DNA of 64,000 nucleotides, from contig OX597817.1 of NCBI GenBank assembly GCA_951406725.2, positions 58,032,001-58,096,000 on the forward strand, written 5' to 3'. Position numbers and translations under genes: made by a program. The notes beneath the pieces are model-generated. The model did not search any database. It saw only the letters and a program-made list of their open reading frames with translations, and was not told the DNA's origin. The DNA is from Octopus vulgaris (lineage: Eukaryota). Position 1 is the first letter of the stretch; the number at the start of each line of letters is the position of its first letter. Shown here one piece after another: positions 1 through 12,900 of the stretch.

Positions 1-38
<38 letters not shown>

Positions 39-223
39 CACACACACATGCACACACGTGATTATTTCGATTCGTCAGGCTCAGAATCTGAGTCCGACGA
101 ATTAGATTGATTTGAGAAGCCTACGAAATCTTACATTGTACGAGACCAAATCAAACTGTTTAAAATAATACGTAAATACGTAACCCTTACTAAATGTGTT
201 GAGTACCTCTTCCGTTGGTTTGT

Positions 224-271
<48 letters not shown>

Positions 272-1232
272 ACATTTCTACGTGTATAGATATATACAGG
301 TGCGACTACCCCGCGTCAGCGTAGACCTGTATTAAAGAGGAGGCTCAACACTACTCAAAACCATGAAACTCCTGAACCAGGGTGCTGCAACCGAATGCAA
401 TTTAAAGTCCTACCCAGGACAATCGACGTTAAAGAGTAGATTAGTAAATTCAGAAAATTCAATGATTATTTTGATCGCGACAAAGAGATGAAATCTAAAA
501 TTTCAGACAAGAAGCTTCCCTTGTCTCTCAGACAAATGGCCTCGTCTGAAAAGTTCGTCTTTTCATTCATTAGGCAAATTAATTTATTGCTAGACAGTGA
601 TATTCCCATTTTTTTAAACATTGTACATCTATAAGAGATATAATCTCAGGACGAATACCACTGTTAATTTAGCTTTACGGGATGTGTCTGCTTTGATTAT
701 GATACATTGATTGCTATTTTAAACTAATATTGCTTCTGTTGCGCATAACGAACTTATTGCACTTAGCGAACTTTTTTTCATCCTGAAATCAATTTGAAGC
801 CAATGTCTGTAGCAATTGCTGACCGTTTGATGTGATAAATCTGACCTTCAAACTCTTTTTCTGTTTTTAAAATTCTGTGTTAATTAACCCCTGTGTCAAA
901 GAGACACTGTCAAAATGTCAGCTTTAATTGAAAAAAAACTTGCAGTCAATTTGTTTAAAAGAACAACTTTTACCTTTTAACTGAAGCAATAACAATGAAA
1001 GTTTTACCTTCTATTAATTCCATCCTCGGCCAGAAGCGTTCCACTCCCTCTCTTCCCACCCTCCCTCTCTCTCTCTCATTTTCTCTCTCTCTCTCTCATT
1101 TTCTCTCTCTCTCTCTCATTTTCTCTCTCTCTCTCTCTCATTCTCTTTGTTGGTGTTTATATATTTTAATGAATTTCGACATTCTTTCACAGAATAACAA
1201 GAACAACAGTAACAACAGCAATAACGATAATG

Positions 1233-1295
<63 letters not shown>

Positions 1296-1625
1296 GGAGG
1301 AGGAGGAGGAGGAGAAAAAGAGGAAAAGGAAGAAGAATAGGAAGATGATGATGATGATGATAATGATGATGAAGAATAAGAAGAAGAAAAAGAAGAAGAA
1401 GAAGAAGAAGAAGGAGAAGAAGAAGAAGAAGAAGAAGAAGAAGAAGAAGAAGATTGTACTGATTATTGTTGAGTATATGGGGAACGGTATCAGAAGGCAG
1501 AAAGGACATGGGAGTGGAGTGCCCAGTAGTAAAACGCTTTGTGTCCTTGGCACGGGCAGTATAATCAGGAGAGTATTAGACAGCTGAAAAGAACAGGTAG
1601 CATGGTACCGTAGGCTAGAGATACC

Positions 1626-1659
<34 letters not shown>

Positions 1660-1799
1660 GGAAAACAGTTTAAGGTGGTATATAAAAAAATGCCGTGGAA
1701 CAAAAAAATGCCGTGGAACCAATGTCAATACATGTGAATACGTCCGGCATCATCAAAATTGATACTTATGTGGAGAAAAAAAAAATTGAAAAGGAAAAA

Positions 1800-3350
1800 A
1801 TCACAGGAAAAAAATGGCATAAAAAGGGGGGAAACGTATGGTCAGTTTGCATGAGATATGTGTGGCAAAGACATATACAGAATTCCGATGGTTACGGATG
1901 AGGAGGAGTGACTTGAAGATAGAAATAGAAGCACTTATATGTGCAGCACAAGAACAATCAATTATGTGAAGTGTTACGGAGATGTACTTGCATAGCAAGT
2001 GACCTGATCTGAGATCATGTGTTGGAACGAAAACAATTGCAGTGTTGAAGGTGTTTATAAGCCATTTAAGAAACACACAAAAACCGTTAGATTCACTTCA
2101 ACATTTAAATTTAATTTGCCAAAATATTTTCATCGCTTTCAGACGCGACCCTGTTCACTGACTCGGAATTTTGTCAGTGAACAGGTCGCGGTCTCAAATT
2201 AAATTTAAATGTTGAATTGAATCTAACGGTTTTTGAGTGTTTCATAAAATGGCTTATAAATACCTTCTACGCTGCAGTTGTTATGTGAAGTGTAGAAATG
2301 ATAAAACAACTAAGAGCAACAAATGCAGAATGTATGGTGAGAGAAGTGTGTTGGTGAATGCCCGAAATTGACACAACGTGAATACGAGAGATGACATGAC
2401 AATGTGGCAAGAATGATCCATTGGGAGCTCTGTGGAAATTATGGCCTGGAAAGACCAAACACATGGTATGACCAAATCCAAGAAAGAGTTACTCAGAATG
2501 AGAATTGCAAAATCCTGTGGGATGCAATGGTTCAGTGTGATCAACAGATTAAAAATCGGAAACCTGACATTGTTGTGATGAACAGAAAATAAAAAGAACA
2601 TTCTCAGTAAACAGCACGGAGTGTCCTGGTGACAACTGGATTGAAGAGCAAGAAAAAAAAGTGAACAACCATGATGAACTGAAGTGGCAAATACGCAGGT
2701 TTTGAGCAATGAAGAGAGTGGACGTGATACCAATAGTGATTGTCACGCTTGGAAGTATCAGAACCCAACGTAACTCAAAAGGATTGGAATGCATGGAACA
2801 CCTACATTGTTTGGAACTGCAAGAACTCTCCGCTGGGTTCTTGAAGCATTGTCAATAAACAAAGGAGTACTATAGAAGAGTAAGGTTGGTTCTAAAAACT
2901 TAATTGACTTCCAAGAACCGCATAGAAGCTTTTAACACCCGAGGTATACCTGTTGTAGAATATGGTTCCAATATCAAGTGAAACCTAGATGACTAATAAA
3001 GAATGGACACAAAACCCCAGAAAACTCTTAATTGCCAAGAAAAGGCACCATCCAAAGGCAGTTAAAGACCGCATCTACTCGCCAAGGAGAGAAGGTGGAG
3101 GACAGTTGACCCAACTCGGACTCTCATAAAATATCCACAAATGGTCAGCTGAAGTAGTTAAGCAAGACCAGTTATTGGATGGTGATGTTAGTGAGAGAAC
3201 ATGAATCCGAGAAGATGCTCCATTCTGTAAGCAAAGATGGGAAATATAGGATCAGAGTTACACAACGCGGAAATATAAAACAGTAACGAAGCTAATCTAA
3301 GCCAAAACGCTTAGGATGAAAGCAAAAAGCAGGTTTTAAAAGCTTGCAAG
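1800..3350 (+). mobile_element. Decayed non-LTR retrotransposon fragments with RLE endonuclease (R4/Dong-like)
   Basis: ARMIHWELCGNYGL...WY...ENENCKILWD-like...RKPDIVV at 2404-2592, and a HHPKAxxDRxYxPRREGG post-RT motif near 3040-3100. Many stops and frameshifts. Duplicated at about 10100-11650. Confidence 0.8.
1975..2280. mobile_element. Fold-back insertion inside the LINE remnant, with 13-bp target duplication
   Basis: Arms aacaattgcagtgttgaagg...aatttg and caaatt...ccttctacgctgcagttgtt. ttatgtgaagtgt flanks both sides (1962-1974 and 2281-2293). Second copy at about 10277-10582. Confidence 0.75.
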
Positions 3351-3524
3351 ACATGTCACCCATTTCAATAATTAGATGTCAATGAGGAAGGCCGATACTC
3401 TCTCATTCTAAATACACAAATTGACACATTTTAAATCTATTATTTTATTGCTGGAATTTTTCTGTTTTATCAACTCGTGTGTTTGTAGATTTGTTTGTTA
3501 ATTAATTATTTCTGTCGTGTTTAT

Positions 3525-3745
3525 GGTAGCGAGTTAGCAAGATCATTAACATATCGTACAAAATACTTAGCGACATTTCTTCCGGCTATTTGCATTCTGA
3601 GTTCAAATTCCGCCGAGACTGACTTTGGTTTTCATCTTTTGGAGGTCGAGAACATAAAGCACCAGTGATGTACCGGAGTCGATGTTATTCACTAGCGTCT
3701 TCCCCTCTAAAATTGCTGGCCTGGTGCCAAAATTAAAAATGATTA
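3525..3745 (+). mobile_element. tRNA-derived SINE (family A, diverged)
   Basis: ggtagcgagttagcaagatc...ctgagttcaaattccgccgag...ttttcatc, with B-box-like GAGTTCAAATTCC. Duplicated at about 11826-12047. Confidence 0.75.
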
Positions 3746-5301
3746 TGTTTTGCTTAATCATCAAACGGCACATATTTTTAATAATTTTTCTGTAAGACCG
3801 AATACTGCGTTATCAGCCTTGAGAGGTCCTCTCGTATAGGTGTTTTGGGGCATAAAAGCAAACATCGTTCGTGGCAGACGATCAATGTGAGTGTTTTTAT
3901 GCACCAAGCGTCTATATTACAAGGTTGAGCTGGATATAAAGATTAGCTTTTGGTATTAATACCGCTTCCGTTGTTATATCGCAATACTACGCAGTGGCTG
4001 TGTGTGCTACGAAATCCTCGTCGCCACTGTTATGTCGCACGTTCGGATGCCTTCTACTACTCAACTCTACTCCACTCAACTCTCACCGCTACTCAACTGT
4101 TCTAGTGCTCACAGCTGTGTTCGGTTTCTTTATTAGCCACAAGGGCCCAAACATAGAGGGGGACAAACAAGGACAGACAGGAAACCACAGAGGGGACAAT
4201 ACATAGAACGAATATGATGAGATGATTATGCAGTAATGGGGTTATGAATGGCTGCATGCGCCCCTCGTCACATGCATTACCATTAATCTTTTTAAACTGT
4301 CCGTTTTTATCATGTATTTACATAACAATTAATTATCGTCTGCCATTACAATTATTTGAACCGTTATATTTTTCTCTAAAAATGTTCTATTTTCCGATAT
4401 TATTAAACATAACATAAAACGCTCTTTCTTTTTCCTTTTTTTCCTCCTTTTTCTTTTTTCTTTTCTTTTTTCCTGTCGATTTGACATATTTACTTTTTAG
4501 TAATATTTCATTAGTGGTTCAATTTCTGCTAGATCTACTACTGGTGGCAATTCTTTGAATTCCACCCCTACTCCTGGTGGGTTAATATTATCCACACTAC
4601 TCTCACTGCTACTCAACTGTTCTAGTCTACACAGCTGTGTTCCCGACATCTGTGCTTCCTCTATATCTACGTATTGGACTTGCCTACTTCATCGTCTGGG
4701 GGCGTCCACACAACGGTTGTTAATAATTAATTTTCTGGGAGAATTATCTCATCTTATTTGGACTATTTTATTTGCTTCGTTGCCTGAAATATTCACCCTA
4801 CGTTGCTTAACCTTTCGATCAGCCATTTTGTATTGAAGATTTCTATCTCTTGTAATGATACATTGTATTGTAAATTCCCAAGTGTAGAAAAATTGTTGAA
4901 CTTGGATTTATCGCGAGGTATTAAAATGTTATGATTTGATATTTTCTTTCGTATATTGCATGCAGCTTTCCTTTATCTACGGTCGTCTTTAACCGGGGGG
5001 TTTCATAAAATTTACTTTAGCTTGCTTTATGTTGGCTCATAAGCTGTTGTTACTTGTATCGTCAACTTCCGGTTCAGTCACAACAAAATCTCATCGAATT
5101 TTAGTAACACCGGAGTTAAGATTTATTGCCACAGATTTGCTGACACTGTAGGTTATGAGACGTCCAATAATGCTTCTCGGGCCTTACAGGCCAACATCAA
5201 TATCAAAATTTCTATGAGTCGTCCAATACTAACGTTAGCAACATCATTATTATTATTGTTGTTGTTGTTGTTATTATTATTATTATTGAGTGATAGAGCA
5301 G

Positions 5302-5401
5302 NNNNNNNNNNNNNNNNNNNNNNNNNNNNNNNNNNNNNNNNNNNNNNNNNNNNNNNNNNNNNNNNNNNNNNNNNNNNNNNNNNNNNNNNNNNNNNNNNNN
5401 N
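5302..5401. other. Assembly gap (100 N)
   Basis: Run of N of a standard placeholder length. Confidence 0.98.
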
Positions 5402-5685
5402 ACCTTGGGTGGATTTATTTTGTAGTTGCCGTTGTTGTTGTTGTTGTTGTTGCTGATAATGTTATTTTTATTGTTGTTGTTTTTGTTAACATTGCATTCC
5501 ACAGCTTTCTATAGTTCCACAAAACCATTCCAACACCAAATACTTCCACATTGATAATTCCATCAAATTGTTCCACAAGGCAACAAGATGGCCAGAGCAT
5601 TGGTGCGTCGATCAAAAGTAGTTATATCTTGATTCCGCACCAAGAGTTCCTCATCATTCCTTCTTCATTATTACTTTCACATTAG

Positions 5686-5895
5686 GGCGGCGAGCTGGCA
5701 GAATCGTTAGCACGCTGGGCGAAATGCTTGCGATATTTCGCCCGTCGCTCCGTTCTGAGTTCAAATTCCGCCGAGGTCGACTTTGCTGTTCATCCTTTCG
5801 GAGTCGATTAAATAAGTACCAGTTACGCACTGGGGTCGATATAATCGATTTCATCTGTTTGTCTGTCCTTGTTTGTCCTCTCTATGTTTAGCCCC
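5686..5895 (+). mobile_element. tRNA-derived SINE (family A)
   Basis: ggcggcgagctggcagaatcgttagc...gagttcaaattccgccgaggtcgactttg...aagtaccagttacgcactggggtcg. Homologous to copies at 38326, 38650, 50285 and 52063. Confidence 0.85.
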
Positions 5896-6522
5896 TTTTG
5901 TTAACATTGCATTCCACAGCTTTCTATAGTTCCACAAAACCATTCCAACACCAAATAATTCCACATTGATAATTCCATCAAATTGTGTTCTTCAGCAGAA
6001 CACTTTCTTTCACGTTGCTGCAGTAAATGAGTGACCCTACTATGGACTGGTGTCCAGTTCAGGAGAAATCTTGTGATCTCGGTCATTTATATGCTACAGA
6101 AATCAGGAAACCTCGGACTCGGGACAGTAATGACCATGGGTTGATGATAACGTGCCTAATATATCAATATGACCAGTGGTTCTCAGCCGAGGTCCACATA
6201 AACCTTGTGAATGTGTGTGGGGGGATCCATATAAAATTTTGTTGCTAAAATTTATTTTAGGACACAGATAATCCTTTAATCCTTTCATATCTCCGATAAA
6301 CTGGTTTACTTCTGCAGCACACAAAATATTTAAAAAATGTTTAAATACAATTCCTAATTATGTTTAATTATAAATATGCAATATATCTTAAACATCGAAT
6401 GGCTATGAGAACCCATCCGAGTGGAATAAGAATTTTTAAAAATGGTTGAGAACCGCTGATCTAGACTAAAATACGCTACCTTATCGAGTGCCAATGTTTT
6501 CTCATTTTCCCACCCGGTTTAG

Positions 6523-6631
6523 GTATAACGTACATGAGTGGTATATGCAGTGGTAAATATTCCGCATCTGTTGTGAACAGTGGATCTGAAAACCTTGGTA
6601 TTATCACCTCAACCCGCCTCCTGGGGCACAG
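6523..6631 (+). CDS. Internal exon of an ADAMTS/M12B-like gene: active-site helix region (G)ITYMSGICSGKYSASVVNSGSENLGIITSTRLLGH(S), with a degenerate zinc motif
   Basis: Acceptor ttttcccacccggtttAG and donor CAG|gtaatc; 109 nt, phase 1 to 2. The translation follows the reprolysin pattern GxAYxGxIC...SxSVVED...TxAHELGH. Upstream exons were not found in the window. Confidence 0.85.
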
Positions 6632-6984
6632 GTAATCCTTTAATCCGTTCTTTTTTATACATTGTAATAATCTATAATTTATTCTACCACACCCGACACA
6701 CCCAGCGTAAATCTTTTTTTTTATGAGAAACAGTTAGTCAAGACATTCGACAGTATATCGAGTATATATTGCAACAAAATTGTAACGGGTGGATTTTCAT
6801 GTCTACGAACACTTAAACATTTGAATATTATCATATTGCTTCAACAAGTTTGGCCACGTCTGTCAACAGACTGACCGCATTTAAGTGTGTCAGAAACGAT
6901 TCTTTAGATTCTTCGTGATTTTCGAGCCAACTAAAAATATCTCAACTTTCATATTGTGTTCTCTCTTCATTGCGTGTTTTGCAG

Positions 6985-7104
6985 CTTAAGCGCAGGTTAC
7001 GTGGATATACCGGGTTGTACAACAAAGGATGATGGATTTACAGGAGAAACATTTGGTCTGTGTTCTATAAACTCCATAAAAAACAAAATCGAGAAACTAT
7101 CGAG
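6985..7104 (+). CDS. Exon: end of M12B-like domain LSAGYVDIPGCTTKDDGFTGETFGLCSINSIKNKIEKLS
   Basis: Acceptor gtgttttgcAG and donor GAG|gtaagt; 120 nt, phase 2 to 2. Aligns by eye to LGAxHD...C...FSxCS...L at the end of reprolysin domains. Confidence 0.85.
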
Positions 7105-7434
7105 GTAAGTAACATTATACAATACACAATCTCCGGGGTCGTTGTTATTTCCTAATCGATTTTCTTCCGTTGATTTATTGAACAATTTCAAGTTTCATTA
7201 CATCCCAAGTCAGTCATCACTTCAATCAGTCATAGTGTTTTCCCTCATTCCCGATTGTGAATATTTCAGTTTATTTACGTCTTTAACGAACTTCAGAAAA
7301 GAGCAATAAACGTCATATTTTAATTAAATTTTCTTGTACTTTACTATTATAACATCAAATGGTGTGAATCTTCTGTCCGTCCGTCCGTCCTTCCATCCAT
7401 CCATCCATCCATCCATCCATCCATCCATCCATCT

Positions 7435-7490
<56 letters not shown>

Positions 7491-7734
7491 GCACTTATAT
7501 ATATTATATGACAAACAGATATATGTATGTGTGTGTTAGAGTTATGACTTTTCCATAACCTAACAACCCCATACTGCAATTCAGTGAATAATTTCATAAA
7601 AGTCAGGAAACTAACATTTATTTTGCCGTATTTGCAAACAATATCACCCCCAGCTTAAGAAATCGTCCTCGTTATTGGTTTTTTGTATTGTTTATACTTC
7701 TTTTTGGGGTGGTGGGTACTATATATGATAGATC

Positions 7735-7893
7735 GCTAGCCACTACATATTCTTTATTTTCTCTCCTGGTTTCTTTCTGTGGAAGAGCGTAGGCTCGAAA
7801 CGTTAAAGACTTTTTTCACTTCCCGAGCGTTATACTAATACATATGTTTGTTGTCTACATCACCTGTCTTTGTCTTTTGTTTTTTTGTGAATT

Positions 7894-7900
<7 letters not shown>
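7735..7900 (+). mobile_element. Short Penelope-like/retrozyme-like repeat with a hammerhead-like motif
   Basis: Homologous to 33215-33372. Contains tcttt-CTGTGGA-a-gagc-gtag-gctc-GAAA-cgtt-aaaga and ends in (TA)n. Confidence 0.55.
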
Positions 7901-7936
<36 letters not shown>

Positions 7937-8338
7937 TTGTATTTTCTCATAGCTCCCATGGTTACTGAGATAATCTACTATAATAATAATACTCTTGTGT
8001 TTATGAATGGGAAAGGAAGGGGTAATAGATGAATAAGGAAGGAAGGGGTGATGTCATACTTGGTAGTGGGATGATGAAAACTGTACGCAGAAAAAATAAA
8101 TCAAACAGCGTTTCAACTCTGTGTTTGTATGTAAAAGTGAGGTATGTGAATGCGTGTGTGTGTGTGCGTGTGTGTGTGCGTATGTGTGTTTGTGTGTATA
8201 TGTGCGTGTGCGCGCGCAATGGAAGTGGGATGGTTCATCTTTGTTCACTTAGTATTAATGACATGCATGCATACATACAAACATGCATATACATACATAT
8301 ATAAATACATACATACATACATACATACATACATAGTT

Positions 8339-8341
<3 letters not shown>

Positions 8342-8381
<40 letters not shown>

Positions 8382-9397
8382 CACACACATGCACACACGT
8401 GATTATTTCGATTCGTCAGGCTCAGAATCTGAGTCCGACGAATTAGATTGATTTGAGAAGCCTACGAAATCTTACATTGTACGAGACCAAATCAAACTGT
8501 TTAAAATAATACGTAAATACGTAACCCTTACTAAATGTGTTGAGTACCTCTTCCGTTGGTTTGTCCACACACACACACACACACACACGTACATTTCTAC
8601 GTGTATAGATATATACAGGTGCGACTACCCCGCGTCAGCGTAGACCTGTATTAAAGAGGAGGCTCAACACTACTCAAAACCATGAAACTCCTGAACCAGG
8701 GTGCTGCAACCGAATGCAATTTAAAGTCCTACCCAGGACAATCGACGTTAAAGAGTAGATTAGTAAATTCAGAAAATTCAATGATTATTTTGATCGCGAC
8801 AAAGAGATGAAATCTAAAATTTCAGACAAGAAGCTTCCCTTGTCTCTCAGACAAATGGCCTCGTCTGAAAAGTTCGTCTTTTCATTCATTAGGCAAATTA
8901 ATTTATTGCTAGACAGTGATATTCCCATTTTTTTAAACATTGTACATCTATAAGAGATATAATCTCAGGACGAATACCACTGTTAATTTAGCTTTACGGG
9001 ATGTGTCTGCTTTGATTATGATACATTGATTGCTATTTTAAACTAATATTGCTTCTGTTGCGCATAACGAACTTATTGCACTTAGCGAACTTTTTTTCAT
9101 CCTGAAATCAATTTGAAGCCAATGTCTGTAGCAATTGCTGACCGTTTGATGTGATAAATCTGACCTTCAAACTCTTTTTCTGTTTTTAAAATTCTGTGTT
9201 AATTAACCCCTGTGTCAAAGAGACACTGTCAAAATGTCAGCTTTAATTGAAAAAAAACTTGCAGTCAATTTGTTTAAAAGAACAACTTTTACCTTTTAAC
9301 TGAAGCAATAACAATGAAAGTTTTACCTTCTATTAATTCCATCCTCGGCCAGAAGTGTTCCACTCCCTCTCTTCCCACCCTCCCTCTCTCTCTCTCA

Positions 9398-9435
<38 letters not shown>

Positions 9436-9543
9436 CTCTCTCTCTCTCTCATTCTCTTTGTTGGTGTTTATATATTTTAATGAATTTCGACATTCTTTCA
9501 CAGAATAACAAGAACAACAGTAACAACAGCAATAACGATAATG

Positions 9544-9606
<63 letters not shown>

Positions 9607-9687
9607 GGAGGAGGAGGAGGAGGAGAAAAAGAGGAAAAGGAAGAAGAATAGGAAGATGATGATGATGATGATAATGATGATGAAGAA

Positions 9688-9718
<31 letters not shown>

Positions 9719-9906
9719 AAGAAGAAGAAGAAGATTGTACTGATTATTGTTGAGTATATGGGGAACGGTATCAGAAGGTAGAAAGGACATGGGAGTGGAG
9801 TGCCCAGTAGTAAAACGCTTTGTGTCCTTGGCACGGGCAGTATAATCAGGAGAGTATTAGACAGCTGAAAAGAACAGGTAGCATGGTACCGTAGGCTAGA
9901 GATACC

Positions 9907-9961
<55 letters not shown>

Positions 9962-12900
9962 GGAAAACAGTTTAAGGTGGTATATAAAAAAATGCCGTGG
10001 AACAAAAAAATGCCGTGGAACCAATGTCAATACATGTGAATACGTCCGGCATCATCAAAATTGATACTTATGTGGAGAAAAAAAAATTGAAAAGGAAAAA
10101 ATCACAGGAAAAAAATGGCATAAAAAGGGGGGAAACGTATGGTCAGTTTGCATGAGATATGTGTGGCAAAGACATATACAGAATTCCGATGGTTACGGAT
10201 GAGGAGGAGTGACTTGAAGATAGAAATAGAAGCACTTTATATGTGCAGCACAAGAACAATCAATTATGTGAAGTGTTACGGAGATGTACTTGCATAGCAA
10301 GTGACCTGATCTGAGATCATGTGCTGGAACGAAAACAATTGCAGTGTTGAAGGTGTTTATAAGCCATTTAAGAAACACACAAAAACCGTTAGATTCACTT
10401 CAACATTTAAATTTAATTTGCCAAAATATTTTCATCGCTTTCAGACCGCGACCTGTTCACTGACTCGGAATTTTGTCAGTGAACAGGTCGCGGTCTCAAA
10501 TTAAATTTAAATGTTGAATTGAATCTAACGGTTTTTGAGTGTTTCATAAAATGGCTTATAAATACCTTCTACGCTGCAGTTGTTATGTGAAGTGTAGAAA
10601 TGATAAAACAACTAAGAGCAACAAATGCAGAATGTATGGTGAGAGAAGTGTGTTGGTGAATGCCCGAAATTGACACAACGCGAATACGAGAGATGACATG
10701 ACAATGTGGCAAGAATGATCCATTGGGAGCTCTGTGGAAATTATGGCCTGGAAAGACCAAACACATGGTATGACCAAATCCAAGAAAGAGTTACTCAGAA
10801 TGAGAATTGCAAAATCCTGTGGGATGCAATGGTTCAGTGTGATAAACAGATTAAAAATCGGAAACCTGACATTGTTGTGATGAACAGAAAATAAAAAGAA
10901 CATTCTCAGTAAACAGCACGGAGTGTCCTGGTGACAACTGGATTGAAGAGCAAGAAAAAAAGTGAACAACCATGATGAACTGAAGTGGCAAATACGCAGG
11001 TTTTGAGCAATGAAGAGAGTGGACGTGATACCAATAGTGATTGTCACGCTTGGAAGTATCAGAACCCAACGTAACTCAAAAGGATTGGAATGCATGGAAC
11101 ACCTACATTGTTTGGAACTGCAAGAACTCTCCGCTGGGTTCTTGAAGCATTGTCAATAAACAAAGGAGTACTATAGAAGAGTAAGGTTGGTTCTAAAAAC
11201 TTAATTGACTTCCAAGAACCGCATAGAAGCTTTTAACACCCGAGGTATACCTGTTGTAAAATATGGTTCCAATATCAAGTGAAACCTAGATGACTAATAA
11301 AGAATGGACACAAAACCCCAGAAAACTCTTAATTGCCAAGAAAAGGCACCATCCAAAGGCAGTTAAAGACCGCATCTACTCGCCAAGGAGAGAAGGTGGA
11401 GGACGGTTGACCCAACTCGGACTCTCATAAAATATCCACAAATGGTCAGCTGAAGTAGTTAAGCAAGACCAGTTATTGGATGGTGATGTTAGTGAGAGAA
11501 CATGAATCCGAGAAGATGCTCCATTCTGTAAGCAAAGATGGGAAATATAGGATCAGAGTTACACAACGCGGAAATATAAAACAGTAACGAAGCTAATCTA
11601 AGCCAAAACGCTTAGGATGAAAGCAAAAAGCAGGTTTTAAAAGCTTGCAAGACATGTCACCCATTTCAATAATTAGATGTCAATGAGGAAGGCCGATACT
11701 CTCTCATTCTAAATACACAAATTGACACATTTTAAATCTATTATTTTATTGCTGGAATTTTTCTGTTTTATCAACTCGTGTGTTTGTAGATTTGTTTGTT
11801 AATTAATTATTTCTGTCGTGTTTATGGTAGCGAGTTAGCAAGATCATTAACATATCGTACAAAATACTTAGCGACATTTCTTCCGGCTATTTGCATTCTG
11901 AGTTCAAATTCCGCCGAGACTGACTTTGGTTTTCATCTTTTGGAGGTCGAGAACATAAAGCACCAGTGATGTACCGGAGTCGATGTTATTCACTAGCGTC
12001 TTCCCCCTCTAAAATTGCTGGCCTGGTGCCAAAATTAAAAATGATTATGTTTTGCTTAATCATCAAACGGCACATATTTTTAATAATTTTTCTGTAAGAC
12101 CGAATACTGCGTTATCAGCCTTGAGAGGTCCTCTCGTATAGGTGTTTTGGGGCATAAAAGCAAACATCGTTCGTGGCAGACGATCAATGTGAGTGTTTTT
12201 ATGCACCAAGCGTCTATATTACAAGGTTGAGCTGGATATAAAGATTAGCTTTTGGTATTAATACCGCTTCCGTTGTTATATCGCAATACTACGCAGTGGC
12301 TGTGTGTGCTACGAAATCCTCGTCGCCACTGTTATGTCGCACGTTCGGATGCCTTCTACTACTCAACTCTACTCCACTCAACTCTCACCGCTACTCAACT
12401 GTTCTAGTGCTCACAGCTGTGTTCGGTTTCTTTATTAGCCACAAGGGCCCAAACATAGAGGGGGACAAACAAGGACAGACAGGAAACCACAGAGGGGACA
12501 ATACATAGAACGAATATGATGAGATGATTATGCAGTAATGGGGTTATGAATGGCTGCATGCGCCCCTCGTCACATGCATTACCATTAATCTTTTTAAACT
12601 GTCCGTTTTTATCATGTATTTACATAACAATTAATTATCGTCTGCCATTACAATTATTTGAACCGTTATATTTTTCTCTAAAAATGTTCTATTTTCCGAT
12701 ATTATTAAACATAACATAAAGCGCTCTTTCTTTTTCCTTTTTTTCCTCCTTTTTCTTTTTTCTTTTCTTTTTTCCTGTCGATTTGACATATTTACTTTTT
12801 AGTAATATTTCATTAGTGGTTCAATTTCTGCTAGATCTACTACTGGTGGCAATTCTTTGAATTCCACCCCTACTCCTGGTGGGTTAATATTATCCACACT

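Larger units (their letters stand above)
1..5301 (+). repeat. Copy A of a near-identical duplication of at least 5.3 kb (copy B at 8342-13602)
   Basis: Line-by-line identity apart from microsatellite lengths, homopolymer indels and a few substitutions. ORFs 3994/12296 and 4555/12857 are identical. Copy A ends exactly at the N gap. Confidence 0.95.

Noticed and set aside
995-1703. Homopolymeric ORFs (poly-N/K/Y/F/L), and the many YI/VC/TH/YLSI ORFs across the window
   Set aside because: They are translations of (AAT)n, (AAG)n, (TA)n, (CA)n, (TAGA)n and (CATA)n microsatellites and have no splice or homology support.
4555-4836. 93-aa ORF (and its duplicate at 12857) as a gene
   Set aside because: No recognisable motif or splice signals. 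It recurs only because of the segment duplication and may be decayed retroelement sequence.
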